Assembly: GCA_000934665.2 (NCBI GenBank)
Contig: JYFJ02000514.1
Location: 62,001 to 126,000 of the forward strand
Source of the DNA: Catajapyx aquilonaris
Taxonomy: Eukaryota
Direction of reading: 5' to 3'
DNA length: 64,000 nt
The position numbers and the translations under genes were made by a program. How positions within the stretch are numbered: position 1 is the first letter of the stretch; every line of letters starts with the position of its first letter. The notes below the pieces were generated by a model, which saw only the letters and a program-made list of their open reading frames with translations, was not told where the DNA came from and made no database searches. This document shows positions 40,857-54,400 of the stretch, piece by piece.

Positions 40857-41619
40857 GTGAGTAGTACAGTGCACGTATATAGTACAAGATACTCGCATGT
40901 GACGTTGCATATCTCTGTATAAGCGAGGCTTGGGAAAGGGATTTGTAAAATGGAAGAGAAAGAGCGTCGCGGAATCCGTATCCAAACATTTGCAGAGGTG
41001 CGAGTGAGTGTCTTTCCATGTTGATCGCGTTCGAGACTGCTCCTGTCACGTTCCTCATCCGACGAACGACGAACGGACTGCGCAAAAGAGAAAAAAAAGA
41101 AAGCACGAAAGACGCAAGGCAGTCTTCCATCAGGTCCATCGCTCCATCGGCGCCCTCTAATTCCATTTGCACCGAGACTGACATTTCCCTGATTCACTTA
41201 CGCCGACGGTTAATTATCCCTTTCCGACTAATTGTTTCCTGCTAGTCCCAGAAGATGTAAAACGTGGCAAGTTCTTTACTTTGCGCCAAGTCTCGGAAGA
41301 AGAAGAAGGGAAAAGTTAATGGCCGCCACTTGCTTCTTCTTCTTCTTGTATAAACCCCCACCCCCGCCTTGTACTCTTTCGCAAATTGCTTCTTCCCTCA
41401 TTGTGCTAAGCACAAACTTTTCATTCGGCTTCCAACAAAGTTTCCCCTTTTTTCTACTATAGACTTGTCCAAGGAGGACTTTTGTGCCCGTTAATTGCTT
41501 TGCATGTTCACTGCCGTTTTCTGTTCGTCCACTGATTACTTTTCCCACCTTCATTTACCTTATTCCCGTCGTTTTTGCCACCCAATCCCCTCTGAAGAAT
41601 ATCGAAGGACTTTACTTCT

Positions 41620-41802
41620 GTAGAAAACAATTTTTTTTCCTAGGCAGACAGGGAACGAATGGACAGTTTCTCCTCCCGCCCACCAGAGGCGCTCCCGGCA
41701 CCCCCATTGGGCATGCGCAGAACTCGGGCCAATAGGAAGCGTCGCGGTAACAACAGTACATATGGCATAACCAAACAATGTCGGATTTTAATATTATATA
41801 GA
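41620..41802 (-). mobile_element. Helitron-like element, copy B (inverted, internally deleted)
   Basis: The minus strand begins TCTATATAATATTAAAATC. The reverse complement of 41705-41753 matches 38424-38472 at 43/49 nt, similarity continues to ~41656, and it ends gcctaggaaaaaaaattgttttctac. Confidence 0.65.
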
Positions 41803-44741
41803 CGTCGATGAGCGGAATCCAAGATGGCGGTCGAGCTATGTCAGCGCCAACTGGTGGGTTCATCAGTCCAATTTTCCTCCGGCACATTCGCTGCTGGGAA
41901 GTGAATGAATCGCTCTCTGAAAGTTATCCCCGGGCACTGAATCCGGTTTTATGATTGCATTAGCACTCCCTTTTCGCCTATATCCATGCCGGGTAATGCC
42001 AGGGGAATGGAAACCATTATACGGGTTCGGGGGGGGGGACGAGTGTTGTCGGCAATATAGACGAGGCGTCGTCGTCGCTCCTGCTGACGTGTTTGTGGGT
42101 GGGGATGAGGAGGAGTCTATACAGACACACTTTTACTCACCCGATGAGACTCTTACTTTCCAGTAGCAAAACCCTGTATACCCCACAGTGAGAAGGAGAG
42201 AACCCCCCACCCTCCCCACTACTTCCTCTCTCTCACCCTCCTCTTTTTTTTATTGCTCGTAAATTCCTATCCGAAAGACAAATTTATAGCGCCTCATTAC
42301 CTTTATTACGATAAAATGTAGCGTTTGCTCAGGCTGCGAGTGAATTCCGAGAACATATTCCACTCGATCCTCGGCCGCAATATTGCACTTTGTGTTGTTG
42401 GGCTTTTGGAGGGGGGAGCTGGATGGGACCCCCGTTTTTGGGGGCTTGCCAGGTGGAAGGTGGCGATTATATACTCCCAGCTCAGTTATCCTGCTGGAAA
42501 AGCAACTGGGTTTATGGCCCGGAGTTGGGAAGAGCGATGCTGGAGACGCTCGCTGGGGGTGGTGGAGGGAGGCGTCGCGGCGCAATAAAATAATTTTCAT
42601 TCCACTGCCGCCACGTGCAAATAGGTGGCAGCAATGTCTGGCAGGGGCAATTCCATATGGGCAGGTCGACCATTTTTCCGACTTTCGAAAAAAAAAGTGC
42701 AAGTGAGACATTATGAAGGAGCATTTTTCAAGTGGTAGAGGTCAATAGGTCCGGCGAAGTAAAATAGGCACTCTCTGGTAAGTGTAGAACCGTGCCATAT
42801 GCGTAGGTGGTGAGCATCATGAGACTGCATGGTATACCCAGGAGGCGACCTTCACCCGGCCCCTACCACCCCATTAGTTATCCTCTCTCCAAGGCAAAAG
42901 AAGAAGAAGAAGGCCCAGGTGGCAGTTGGCACAGGTGTTGGCTGGGAGTAGTTGTCTGGACGAGCGGGCCTCTCACTCTCTCTCGGGTCATCCGTAATCG
43001 GCCATCACGCTGCAGAGTCAGTTCCTGCTCAAATAACTTGTGGGTGTCAAGTCACGGGGTCGGGTCTTTGCTAGCCAAAGTCATGCAACCCCAGGTGTTG
43101 GCTCGGTCCACAGAAAAAAAAGGAAGGAAAAGAAACGGTGGACACCTGGTCCAATTCAGCGAATATTTTGCGACGTGAATGTCAAAAGATGATCCGGATT
43201 TCCAGCCTATAGGATTAGGAAGGGTTGACTTTGCGCGGATTTATTTTGCAAGGTGCTGCTACAGGCCGGTGTTGCGTGCGGTGGGGTCGTCGACGACCGT
43301 GATGATGATGATGACAATAGAGGTCCCCCCGCCAGCATCTGTTTGACGTTGGCAGCACGTTTTCACCCGGATTCGTCTCGCCGTCGGTTCCAACACAATT
43401 CTGCACGCACGCAGCACACAATGCTGCCCCGCTCTTTTCAACACCTCACTCACTCACACATCCCCCCCACATGTGCCCACCCCACACACGAAAAAACCAG
43501 CTGTCTGGCTCACCGGGAGACCATATTTTCCAGCTCGAAAAAGGGACACCCTGTGGACCTGTGTGCTGTTGATATTAGTCTCCGTTTTCCATGAGAAACT
43601 CGCTTTCCATAATTTTGCGCACGCACTGGTGTAGTTGGAGGCCTCTGGTTTGTAACGTGTGACTAGCAGGTGTGGCAATGTATGCATAAGGTCCCAAGTC
43701 CCCAAGTAATCCGTTGGAAGCAGATTCTCAAACTGGTTTCTGCAGTAAGCAATCCATAACTTGTGTTGGACTTGGGCAGCCCGCAAGAACCAACTGTACA
43801 TTTCCCTGCAGGCTTGTAGGTTCATGCAGTAATGCAAGGGGGGCTGCGGAGAACCCATACCCTTCTACTGACAAATGAATAATTCAGCCGGTACAGTAGC
43901 ATTGTTAGCATATTCAGATGTATCGTGCAGATAGGCATTGTTTTGCAAGGAACGTGCGCGCAATGACCAACGACCCGTGCCAGAATCGTACACACATTAG
44001 TGTCGTCAGTTCCTTGCACGTCCTTTAATCACCTTTTTTGGAACTCTCATATCTTTTTAAGGCTGATGAAAATTTTAAGAAAAATCAGCACCGGGCATTG
44101 AGCGTCCTTCCGCATTCCAACACCTTGCTTCTTTATCGAGGCAAACCATTTTTCTCGAAAAAATTACGACCATGCTCGTGCACCAGTAACGCCCGATTCA
44201 TGCACAACCTATTCGACACACACACACACAAAAAAAGAGAGAAGAAGAAGAAGTGCTAATACCCCAAGTTTCACATCACGCACAGCCTTCATCGCATCAG
44301 CATTAATTCAGCGACTGCTACTTACCAATTTCCAAGGCAACAACGTAATTTTCTTTTCCCCAAGCAGCAGGCCCAGGCTAATTGGCACGGCCGTTGCATA
44401 ACTCTCTCTCTCCCCCCTCCTTCGGATGAGAAGAAATGACAACCGGAGATAACCAAACGTGTTTTATCGTCGGAGGAGCCAAGGTCGGCTTTGTTGCCTA
44501 GGAATACCTGCTGGCCCAATAAGGAAAGGACCACTGCTTATTATTTAGCTGTTTTTTTATAATAAGCAGGAAATATTATTTTGGGGAGCCTACTTGTATA
44601 GCTGTTGGAACTGTAACTGCCCCCGATTCTGTATAGTGTCATTTGAAGAAATGGCGTCATGTAAGTCTCTATCTCGTGTGTGTCGAAATTCATACAATTT
44701 TTGGTCGTCTAATCCTGTTGTTATTGAGTTCCATTGACGTG

Positions 44742-44802
44742 ATGGCGGCCTCCACCATCGTAGGCCGCAGACCTAGAAAAGAAACGAACAATAAGCTATA
44801 GT
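44742..44802 (+). mobile_element. 3' fragment of the same element family (copy C)
   Basis: cctccaccatcgtaggccgcagacctagaaaagaaacga resembles copy A cctccaccaccgtctcccgcaggcctagaaaaaaaggcga. Confidence 0.55.
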
Positions 44803-47800
44803 ATACAATTTTCGCATGAATGTAAATCATACAAAAAAAATAAGCGGGTGTTCCTTTTCTTGTAGGACCACCGTGTTATTGGTGTTGATCGAGCTGCTAG
44901 CATGTGACACATGGGTAATAACCGGGTGTCCAACAGAATGGCGAGAGGAAATCAATTTCCCGCCACCCATTCTGGTTTGACCACGATCGTGTAAATACTT
45001 TGGCCACAGTGTTTTAGCAAAAATGCCCACCTTTGCGAAAGGGAAAAAGGCTCGTAACTCTTCTAGCTTATTTACGGGTCCATCCCTCCCCACCTGTGCA
45101 AAACGGGTGGGAAATTTGATCCATGTGCTGGTCCGACCTGTTAGGCTAAGTTATAAGGTGCAAACAATGACCCAACACTCCTGCTGGAAGCCTGGATTTT
45201 TTTTGTGCGATTCGCCAATGGAGAAAGTCGCATAAATAATTTGCGAAAATGTTTTATATAAGATTCCACTCCCACACCTTTGGGCCCAGCTCGCACCTTT
45301 CTTTTTTTTATCTCTTTTATTTTTCGACCATCGTATAGCTAAAGCAAGCAGCATGGGTAATGTAATAAAGCAAGTACGGGTCTGATAAGTGATGTAGACT
45401 GGTGCTTGCCGTACAAAAGGACCCGCCTGGAATAATCCCGGGATTTATTCGAATGAGCCGGTTGGACGACACTAATCTCCGGGTATTAATATTTATGGCT
45501 GCATAACAAGAAAGGCGGATTTAATGCTACTGGTCGGAGGATTCCCTCCAACAGGTTTCGACCAAGGAAGGGGAGGTGGAAATGACACCAAAAAAAAAGA
45601 AAGAGGGAAAGAGGGGGGGTAGATTTTAGGCGAAAATGAAAATTGGATTCAAAGTGGCGGAGCAGCATTTGCAAATCAGATATACTTTTCGTTGGGAGCA
45701 ATACGGCATGAAATGGAAACCCCAATAATTAAGGCTCGGGAAGGGAAGGAAAGGGTAATTAGCCCCATCGCCATTATTATCCTTATTGTCGAGGGTGCCA
45801 TATCTGTCCGGGACGGATTCTGCCTAATAATGTATACTGTACACCCAAGTAATTAGGCCTCGAAAATATTACTGCGGACAAATGATTTTTCTTTTTCCTT
45901 CCGCATTTTCTGTACATACGTTTGGGTGTGTGTACAGCAAGGGCTGTCCATTGGCCATATGTTGGCCGAAACATGTGACTGGCGATGGTGAAGCAAGAGT
46001 CGTTGGAGCTTGGAATGTGATGAGGTACGACAGAGTGTGTGATGATTAAAGACGGGCTGTCTGGCCCGGAATTGCCAGCTGTCGTTTCTGCTGGCCTGGC
46101 CCATTTCTCTCTTTTGCTTTTCTGCCACCGAGGCTACCCCTATAGTCATAGTGGGCCTCTCTCGTGCTGACTTGGCTCGTCATTTGCCAAAACCTCGAGT
46201 ACCAGGGGAGGCTGGTTGAAAAATTAGGAGCCCGGATTGGAAACTAATTGCATGCAAGGGCCGCGGTTCATTTTTCTGACACTCGTGTGGTATAGTTTTC
46301 CTATAAAGCGATATCATTTTTTGGCGCCTTTTTGGTCCACATGATTACAGCAGAGTTGATTTGTTGGGGGAGCAACAGTGTAGCAGCCGAAGTTTCTCCT
46401 CTTGGGAGCCAAAGGTATTTGTTGAGTTTGGTTTGACGGAAGGTTTGCTCCAACCGGCGATTAGCTTCACCCGAGGGTGTCACGGCAGCAGACGGAATGA
46501 AATTTACGGCCGAAAATGTGCGGTATGGGGTGGAGAGATCCCTCATGTAGATGCGACACGTCTCTTTTAGTCAAACAACACCGTGATGCTTTTTGTTGCG
46601 CTCTCTAACTCCCATGCACGGTGTTGTATAACGAACAGGTTTATTTTTTTTTTCTCCACGGTCCTGACACTGATGTCGGAAGTGGTTGCTGCGTGAACAC
46701 GGAATCATAATTTATCCGGCCAGTGATCCGGTCGTAAAAATGCCCCGCCGATTAGCAGCGTCAATCATATGGAGGTGTCATCAACTGCAACAATGCGGCA
46801 GCCAGGAAGTGTTTCTTGCGCACATTTCAATTGGTGGTAAATGCTGCTTGGTGTGCTTCCATCCCACTTGGGCATTTTTATTTGGCGTCCAATGAGAGAT
46901 GGACATGCAGATAGCGTCATTGCCGCCGACGCTTTATGTTCTTCCCCGGAGGGGAAACCAAGAAAAAAATAAAATAAGATAACTCGGACGGAACTGGTTT
47001 AACCTCTTGGGGTCAGGTTTTGGCCCCCCTCTTTCTTTTGAATATATATTTTTTGCAGCGATTTCATGTGTGTGTTAAGCCTTCATCCTGTTATGTATGA
47101 AGCAGGCTGGGTTTATGGGGTCGGACGGATTGTATACCCTGTAGGAATATATGGGGAGGGAAGTTGGAGGGGATGGATAATTGGAGACGAATGTGATTAA
47201 GAGATCAGGCCGATTCAAGGGAAGCTGCGTGCCGCCGGAGGGGGAGAAGAAGGAACAGAAATCCGAGGATTCACAATAGTGATTTCTCGGAGGGGAGGAT
47301 AATAAAAAATTGGTGGCAACAAAAAAGCCAAAATGGTTTTGGACGTATTGGAGGGGGGCTTAAGTCCGAATGCGCAGCTGCGAGGATTATTTGCACCTTC
47401 CCTCGATGTCAATCTGCTCAGGTCCTAGACCCAAGGGGACACCCTTCAGATTGATATATTGACTTAAACTCTTAAAGAGGATGCTGTGATGGTCATATTC
47501 CCATGGGAATGGACCCGCAGCATTTTTTCTGCCCAAATAATTAGCATGGCAATATGTAGAACACCAAACTAACAATATGTGCTGCAACAGAAAAATGCAG
47601 TACTGCAATCCAGGGATATAGAAAAGTATAAATTGTGACTCATGTTTGAACAAGTATAACAAGCCAGCACTTTTCCTGCAGCGAACATGGAAAAATTCGT
47701 ATCAAAAAAAAAATTGTATGGAGTTGCCCCACTTCCTCTTATACCGCATGTGCAGTGAAGCAAAAACGGGCCATAACGGTGGCTGTGTAGATATTCAGTC

Positions 47801-50800
47801 CGCTGAATGTTATACCTCAAATTAAGCTCAGTTGTGGGTCTTTCCAACTGGAACCGGCAGATATGCTCGATTACATTTTCGCTTCCGCGTCGATAAATTA
47901 AGTGTGTGGTTCTTGACTGATTTGTTTGATTCCGTTTACTGCGGGCTTTTATATCGATCATTAAATGAGGCTATTTATCTACCGTATATACAATCGGACC
48001 CTGCGATGATATAAATTGCTGGTTCGTGTACTCTATACATTTGCTTAAAGTGTATTTCAAGAGAAGGTATACAGTACGTAGCTGTGCGATGCAATTGGTA
48101 CAAATGATGACTAATGGGCGTGTTATTAACACTGGGTGTATCGCACAGCGGTTGACCCTGTGAATGTATATTTGGGCCATTCGGATGTTTCATTTTAGTT
48201 TTCCATATCGGGTGCAGGGCATGAATGATGATCCCGTGTCAACACCCTTAGGAAATTATTAATCAATCCAAATTAACCCTGATTAATTCTACCCGGCGAG
48301 TGATTTGCGAATTTAGGCAAATCCGCGTGTTCCGGATTTATGTTAAAACTATACGCCTTGTTTTCAAGGGAATGGTCCAGGCAACACCGTTGTGAACAAG
48401 TTGCAATTTTTTTTATTTGCATTTTTTTTTGCCAGTTTGTGTAGGACATTGTCGCAGCACAATAGCTTTTTACACAGGACAAGCCAGCTATTGTTTGACG
48501 CCGTGATTTTTTTTTTAAATGCGCACTGCTGCACGAGGTGTCAAAAATATCGACTCCATTTCCCCCCCCCCCCGACGATGTCTGCTTATCGGCTGCAAAA
48601 AAAAGTTGCGTGTAATGACGGTCCGCCAAAGAGGATAACCTGGAACCGTCAAAAAAAGTAGCACAATGTCACACGCGCAACTAAAAAAAACAACCCAGCT
48701 TTGCATTTTTTGGGGGGACATTTCGTTATCGTCGCAAATAAGCCTTGACTTGGGCTTCATGCGACGATCGGAAAGTAAACATTATTATACCCACAGTGTA
48801 CGATCACTTTTAGCTCTCTGAAGCCGTAGTAATTCGACTGCTTCAACCGCGATGCATTGCACGGTTAATTACATGAAATTTACTAGAAAAATGCCCCGGA
48901 ATTTGTCGCTAATGAGCTCCACGCACCTTCTCTCTTTTTTTCATTCCCCCCTATTATTCGGCCCTAATGAGCAATTTCACGGAAGTTAGCGGTATTGGCA
49001 TGGCCCAGGGCTGGCAATAAATGGCTGCACTTGTATGGGGCCTCTCTCTCTATGGTTGGACCACCCCCGCCTCCCCAGTAGAGAGAGCTTCATTTGCGAG
49101 GTCGCGCGACTTAAATAACCCCCCCCCCCCCCCCCCCCNCCCGACACTTTGCTTGTGTTTGGTCGGGGAGGTGTTCGCCCTCGGGCCCGTTTGTTTTCCT
49201 CTTGCTTTTATAGGGTGTTTGGAGGGTCAGAGAGAGAAAGAGTAGAGCCGAACACACCGTCCGGGACTCATTTCGAAACTTGTTGGGTTTCTACGATTGG
49301 GTCCCATTTCGGATCTAAAGCCAGCCGGAAAGAACACACACTGGGGCTCAGTTTATATACCAAAAGTCGATTTGCTGCACGTGGACTGCTGGTTGAGTAC
49401 AGGGTGTATTTCCAAGCCTGTTCCAATTAACCGGAGTATTTTTGATACGGTGTCCCCCGCTGGGTTGCTGCACCCGATCTGAATACAACAGCCAGCCCAT
49501 AAAACCATTTGAGACTTGGATCGGACCTTGGCCTCAAAATTGGGACTAATTTGTTTACACTGCAGGCCATGCAGCCACAGGGCGAAACACACCCGTAGTC
49601 TTTTGGACCACCATGTGTTTGGGACCCGGGGGAGAAATGATGTTGTATGGGGCTAGGTTGTGCACGTAATCAGGGAGCCGCATCTTTTCTCGATATTTAT
49701 CGCTCTCTTTCGAATGGGGATGTTTTTGCCTGCTGCCATCGTCCGGAGTAGCTTTCCATTAGGCCTCCCAAACTAATTGGCTGCCTGCCTCTCTACTTCT
49801 AATTTTTTTTTGTAAAGCTTGTCAGGGGCGTGGCTGCCACATGAGACTACCTGGCACCCTTGCTGGATAACCACGCTGTTTTGCGGTCGGCTCATTTGTG
49901 AAAAAAAAGGCATGCGAAATATTTTGCACCCACGTCGAGACAAAAATTCCGACTTACTGGAGCTAAGCCGCTGTCAGATTTCGAATGCTTGTAATAATAT
50001 TCCTCGAGCTGGTGACATCCGATGCATTGTGGCGGGTCAGCTCGAATTAAATCCGACATGAAAAGCAAAGAGTCGCAACATGAGTCAACAGGCAAATTGC
50101 AAATGCGATTTTGCAAGGGGGGGGGGGAAGAGAGGATCGGGCTATACCCCCTGGAGTGACACGCGGACTGACAAACGCACAATGCTTCTTAGCGATTGAC
50201 AAAAACCAATCTGGACGCTTTTGATGTAGCATGCACGCCAGAGGACCAAGAATGGATGAGTAATGCTCTCCATCACGCCACGCTACAGTCTGGTGCACTT
50301 CCCAAGTACATTCTACTTGCACTGGAAGAAATTGTCTGATTGTTCACTCCAGAAGCTGCACGATGTAATTCGGTAGAAACTACTTCATATGCTGCGGTTG
50401 AACAATTTCTGCCCGTTTTTCACCCTGATTGGGCCGTGTTGCTTTGAGCCATGAGCCACCCTGTACATCCGTCCAATCGACTCAGGTATCGATTGAAACA
50501 CTTTTCAAACCCCAATTACATCAGCAATTGGCGCTGCCAGTGAGTACCAGGCTCCTGATCCTGGCTGGCAGGCCATCCCGCAACGCAGGATGCGAAGATG
50601 GTTGCCTAACAGACAGGATCTGCGAAACTGATTCGACCCAGTTTATTTGCGCGCCAAAAAAAGCTGATTTCATTACGTTTGAGTACTCGGCTATATTTTG
50701 CGGTTTTGGTCAGATCGATGAAAGCGCGCGGCCGACCCTTACACGTGAAGGCCTCATTATTCTTTCATACAATTAAATTATGAGATTTATCGCCAATCTA

Positions 50801-51449
50801 ATTAGCGACTTTGCTGCAACGCTATAGTGCTAGACTTGGGCTAGACCAATGGCTAGACAGTAATAGCACACACATGTGAGGTATGATTAACGGGGGGCTG
50901 AGGAAAAGGGGGGCAAAAGTCTGCGGGCACCATTTTCCCAGCGGGGATTGTTGCACTCGCATGCAATTACATTTCCCTTTAACGTTTGCAGCGGAATAGT
51001 TGTTGCGAAGTGAGTGCAGCCGAAATGAGCAAAAGGGAGCGGAGGCTTTTCCTATGTATAAGGCCTTTTCCCCAAATGAAACTTGCGGCCTGTGCAAAAG
51101 GGTCTGTGGACACAACTGCAGATTTTGCAAATTAAGTGCTGGCTGCTATACCACCCACCCAACTTTAAGCCCAACGCTCTCCAAAAACTGCAAAACAGCC
51201 AAGTTGCAATAATCGTGCGAAACGCATTTTCCCCCCCTCCTCACCTTTTTCTTTTGTCGACAACGGCAGAACTTCGGCGGTTGTGTCGCAGCCAGAAACC
51301 GCGAAAGAACGGTTTTGAAATACTGTAACTGAAGACAATCCGGGAAGGGTTTTTTTTTTGTTGTTGTCCGGATCTAGTTTTCTAGGCGGCGGAGGAGGCA
51401 AGAGAGCTTGGGTCGTTTGACACTCGTTTCCGGAGCAAGGAAAATGCCC

Positions 51450-51483
51450 GGATTATTGATCAAGAGGGATTATTGATCAAGAG
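51450..51483 (+). repeat. Perfect 17-bp tandem duplication (ggattattgatcaagag x2)
   Basis: 51450-51466 is identical to 51467-51483. Confidence 0.9.
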
Positions 51484-54400
51484 AGCATTTGTTCCGGAAA
51501 AGGGAATATCAGGGAAAGATCATCCCGGAATATAAAGGACACCTCGCTGCCTTATATATATGCCAAGGAGAGATCGTATAACAAGAGGGGGGGAGACGAC
51601 TTGCTCAGACTTATGGTGAAAGGAATAGAGCTTGTTGTCTTCGAGTCGTTAGGGCTGGAGAATCCATCTCTGCATATATTGGCTTATTGTTATGAGCCGG
51701 GTTCGTTGTCCCTCAAAGTGCTTAATTGGCTCGGCTCGAAATTAAATTGGAAATTAATAAATATCTCGGAGGTGAGTCCAGACAACCAGGAAAGGACGAT
51801 TTTGCAGGATACGCGAATATGGAGAGATACCACTCATCGCGTAAGCTGTTTTTTGTCCGTTATTTAATTGGTAACAAATAGGCTTTGTGCCGCCTGACCA
51901 GCAGTCGTGAAACTATTAATTTTGAAGTGGAAAGGCGTTCAACTGCGCATTCTGATGCGTGCCAGTGTCGGAAAGGAGGGCGACTAATTTACGAGCATCC
52001 CTGTAATACATAATCCAGCACCTTTTGCTTCCGTCATCGCCCGGCCAGCCCGTCGTCGCATATTATAATTATTATGCTTATTTAATCATCTGTCGACTAA
52101 AACCTCATTTTCTACTGTTGCCCCGCCTCCCTGCAGTCTATATGCTGAACACGTTATAACTTTGTATGTAAATCAGTGGGCAGGCAGGGGGAGGACAATC
52201 ATGCGAAACAGTGGCGTGAAAACGTCATGCATCGTCACCTCTCTGGGTATATTATTTTGTCCAGCATAATGCGCACCTTCGTGTTTGGTTATATTATTGC
52301 CCGGATCTGTCGTGATTGATTGGTGATCGGATGACGGGATGATTCGCATGGGATCCCGGGTGACCCCCGACACCGCCTCCCATTTGTCCCCTCTTTCTCT
52401 CGGGTTGGGACACTGACGGATTCTGTACGTCCAGCAGACGGGACGGATCTGCCCCAGGGATTCTTCCCCGGGGCTAACTAACGACGAGCCATGAGGGCGG
52501 GAGAGTGGATATAGAATCTTCCCAGAAAAACAACACAAAACCCATTTCCACTGATCGATATCGATCACTGATTGATCGCCTTTTGGGACACTCTGCCACT
52601 TCTGCACAGGGTGGCCCGTAAGCCTGCACGCGAACAGAGGAGTCCAGCCACACTGTGCACTTAGCTCAGTACTTGACCCAACTATACAGGCTGCGTAAAT
52701 TTGGGATGGTTTGTTCCTGCTGGATGCTGGCAAGCAACCCTCCCGATTTGCCTGGCAGGGTAAGGCATTAAGAAGAGTCGAAACGATCGTCGCTTTACAT
52801 TCAGAGTGCTGCCGACTGCCGTGGAATAAGTGCTTCTGCACATTCCCTTATGGCTGCTGAAAAAGGGACGACGGAATGAAACCCTCCACATCCAGACCCC
52901 ATGGCATAAATGTCAACGCCTTTGCTCCATTTCACCCAATTATAGATATGGAGGCAACATGTTGGCTCATAACATGCACATTTCCTATATAGTAAGGCTG
53001 CTGATCGGCGCATATATAGCGTAGATTTGTAGCTAGAACCTAATAAATGTTTTAGCGGATTAGTCAGGCCCGTACGCACCTAGGGGCACCCGAGCTATTT
53101 ACGTTCCTCCAAAGCAGCGCAGTTATAAGCCTGGGCTGTGTTGACATAACATATATTCGTGGAGGGAACTGTCCCCGTTGCGTGTCCGGCTGCTGGTAGG
53201 TGGAGCAGTTCATTGGAAAGCAGGGCCACTTCTCATCGGGGGAGAGAGATTCCGGGTTGAATTTATAGGTAGGGGGAGGAAGGGCAGGGGGGTTGGGGCG
53301 GGGTTCCACTGGGACCCCACGTAGTACCCGCCGACCTCGGACCCCACCGACCCCATGATTTAAAGTCATTGCCGCGTCCGTCGAAATGGGGGGAGGGAAG
53401 GCCCACGTAATTTACATGGCAACTCACGTGACACCGTCCAGGGAATTCAATTATATTTGTGTGCTAATATGGCGTCGCACTTTGTCCAAATGTGATGTCT
53501 CAATCCCTACATATAATATAGGAGAGTCGCAAGTGCTGATGTCGAGTTGGCACCACTCCCCAATCCAATGATTTTTGATCCGTTTGAGTGATTGGTTCCC
53601 CCGGAAGCATCTTTACTTTAGAGATCTAGCCCCCCGCTACAGCAGTGTGCAGCATGTATCCTGGCGTCGATGGGATCCAGCTGCTCATTCATTGGCCCTG
53701 GGGTGACTATACGAGAGAGAGAGAGTGAAATGTGTGTGTGCTTTTCGCTAGGTGTGTTTGCTCGCCATATGGCCCCGGATCAGGGCCTAAGAAGAATCCT
53801 TTTATTCCGAGAGGGGGGGGATTGTTTGGCCCCCGGGCCATCCAGACAGGCTGGGGATTTCAGATACATCGAGGCAAAAGGGGATTATATCATTTGGGCT
53901 CTCCTTCCGACGAGTTTGTGTGCACAGCACAGTATATAGGCGAGTCCTGAAAACTCATCGTCTCCTTTTCCTTTTCCTTCCGTTCCTTGGTTGGTTGTTG
54001 GATGGAGAAGACAAAATGTGATTAGGAGAGAGAGAGAATCCTTTCCGGCCTAATCTCCGGCGCGCTGAAAGGGCAAACGCAATCTCAATAACGCAATTTG
54101 CTGCGCGATCACAACGAGAGGATGGCAGGGGGAGGCTTGGGGAGGAAGGGAAAAGGCTTGCATGCCCTAATGCCACTGGTAATCAGATCAGCGCCTGAAG
54201 TTAGCCGCTTCCATCAGCGTTTGTCTTTTTCATTAGCACCCCACCAAGACCTGGGGCACCTCTCATATTCGATAACCTGCTGATGCACCCCCAACACATT
54301 TCATTGTTGTGCAAACCTTTAGCAACAAAAAAAAGGCTGGAGGATGACAAAAAATCAGCGAGTTTCGTCGCTTCGATGGATTCGAGCCATTTATACGACA

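Noticed and set aside
47135..47156. TACCCTGTAG resembling the miR-10 5' end
   Set aside because: The match stops after 10 nt and no precursor hairpin is evident.
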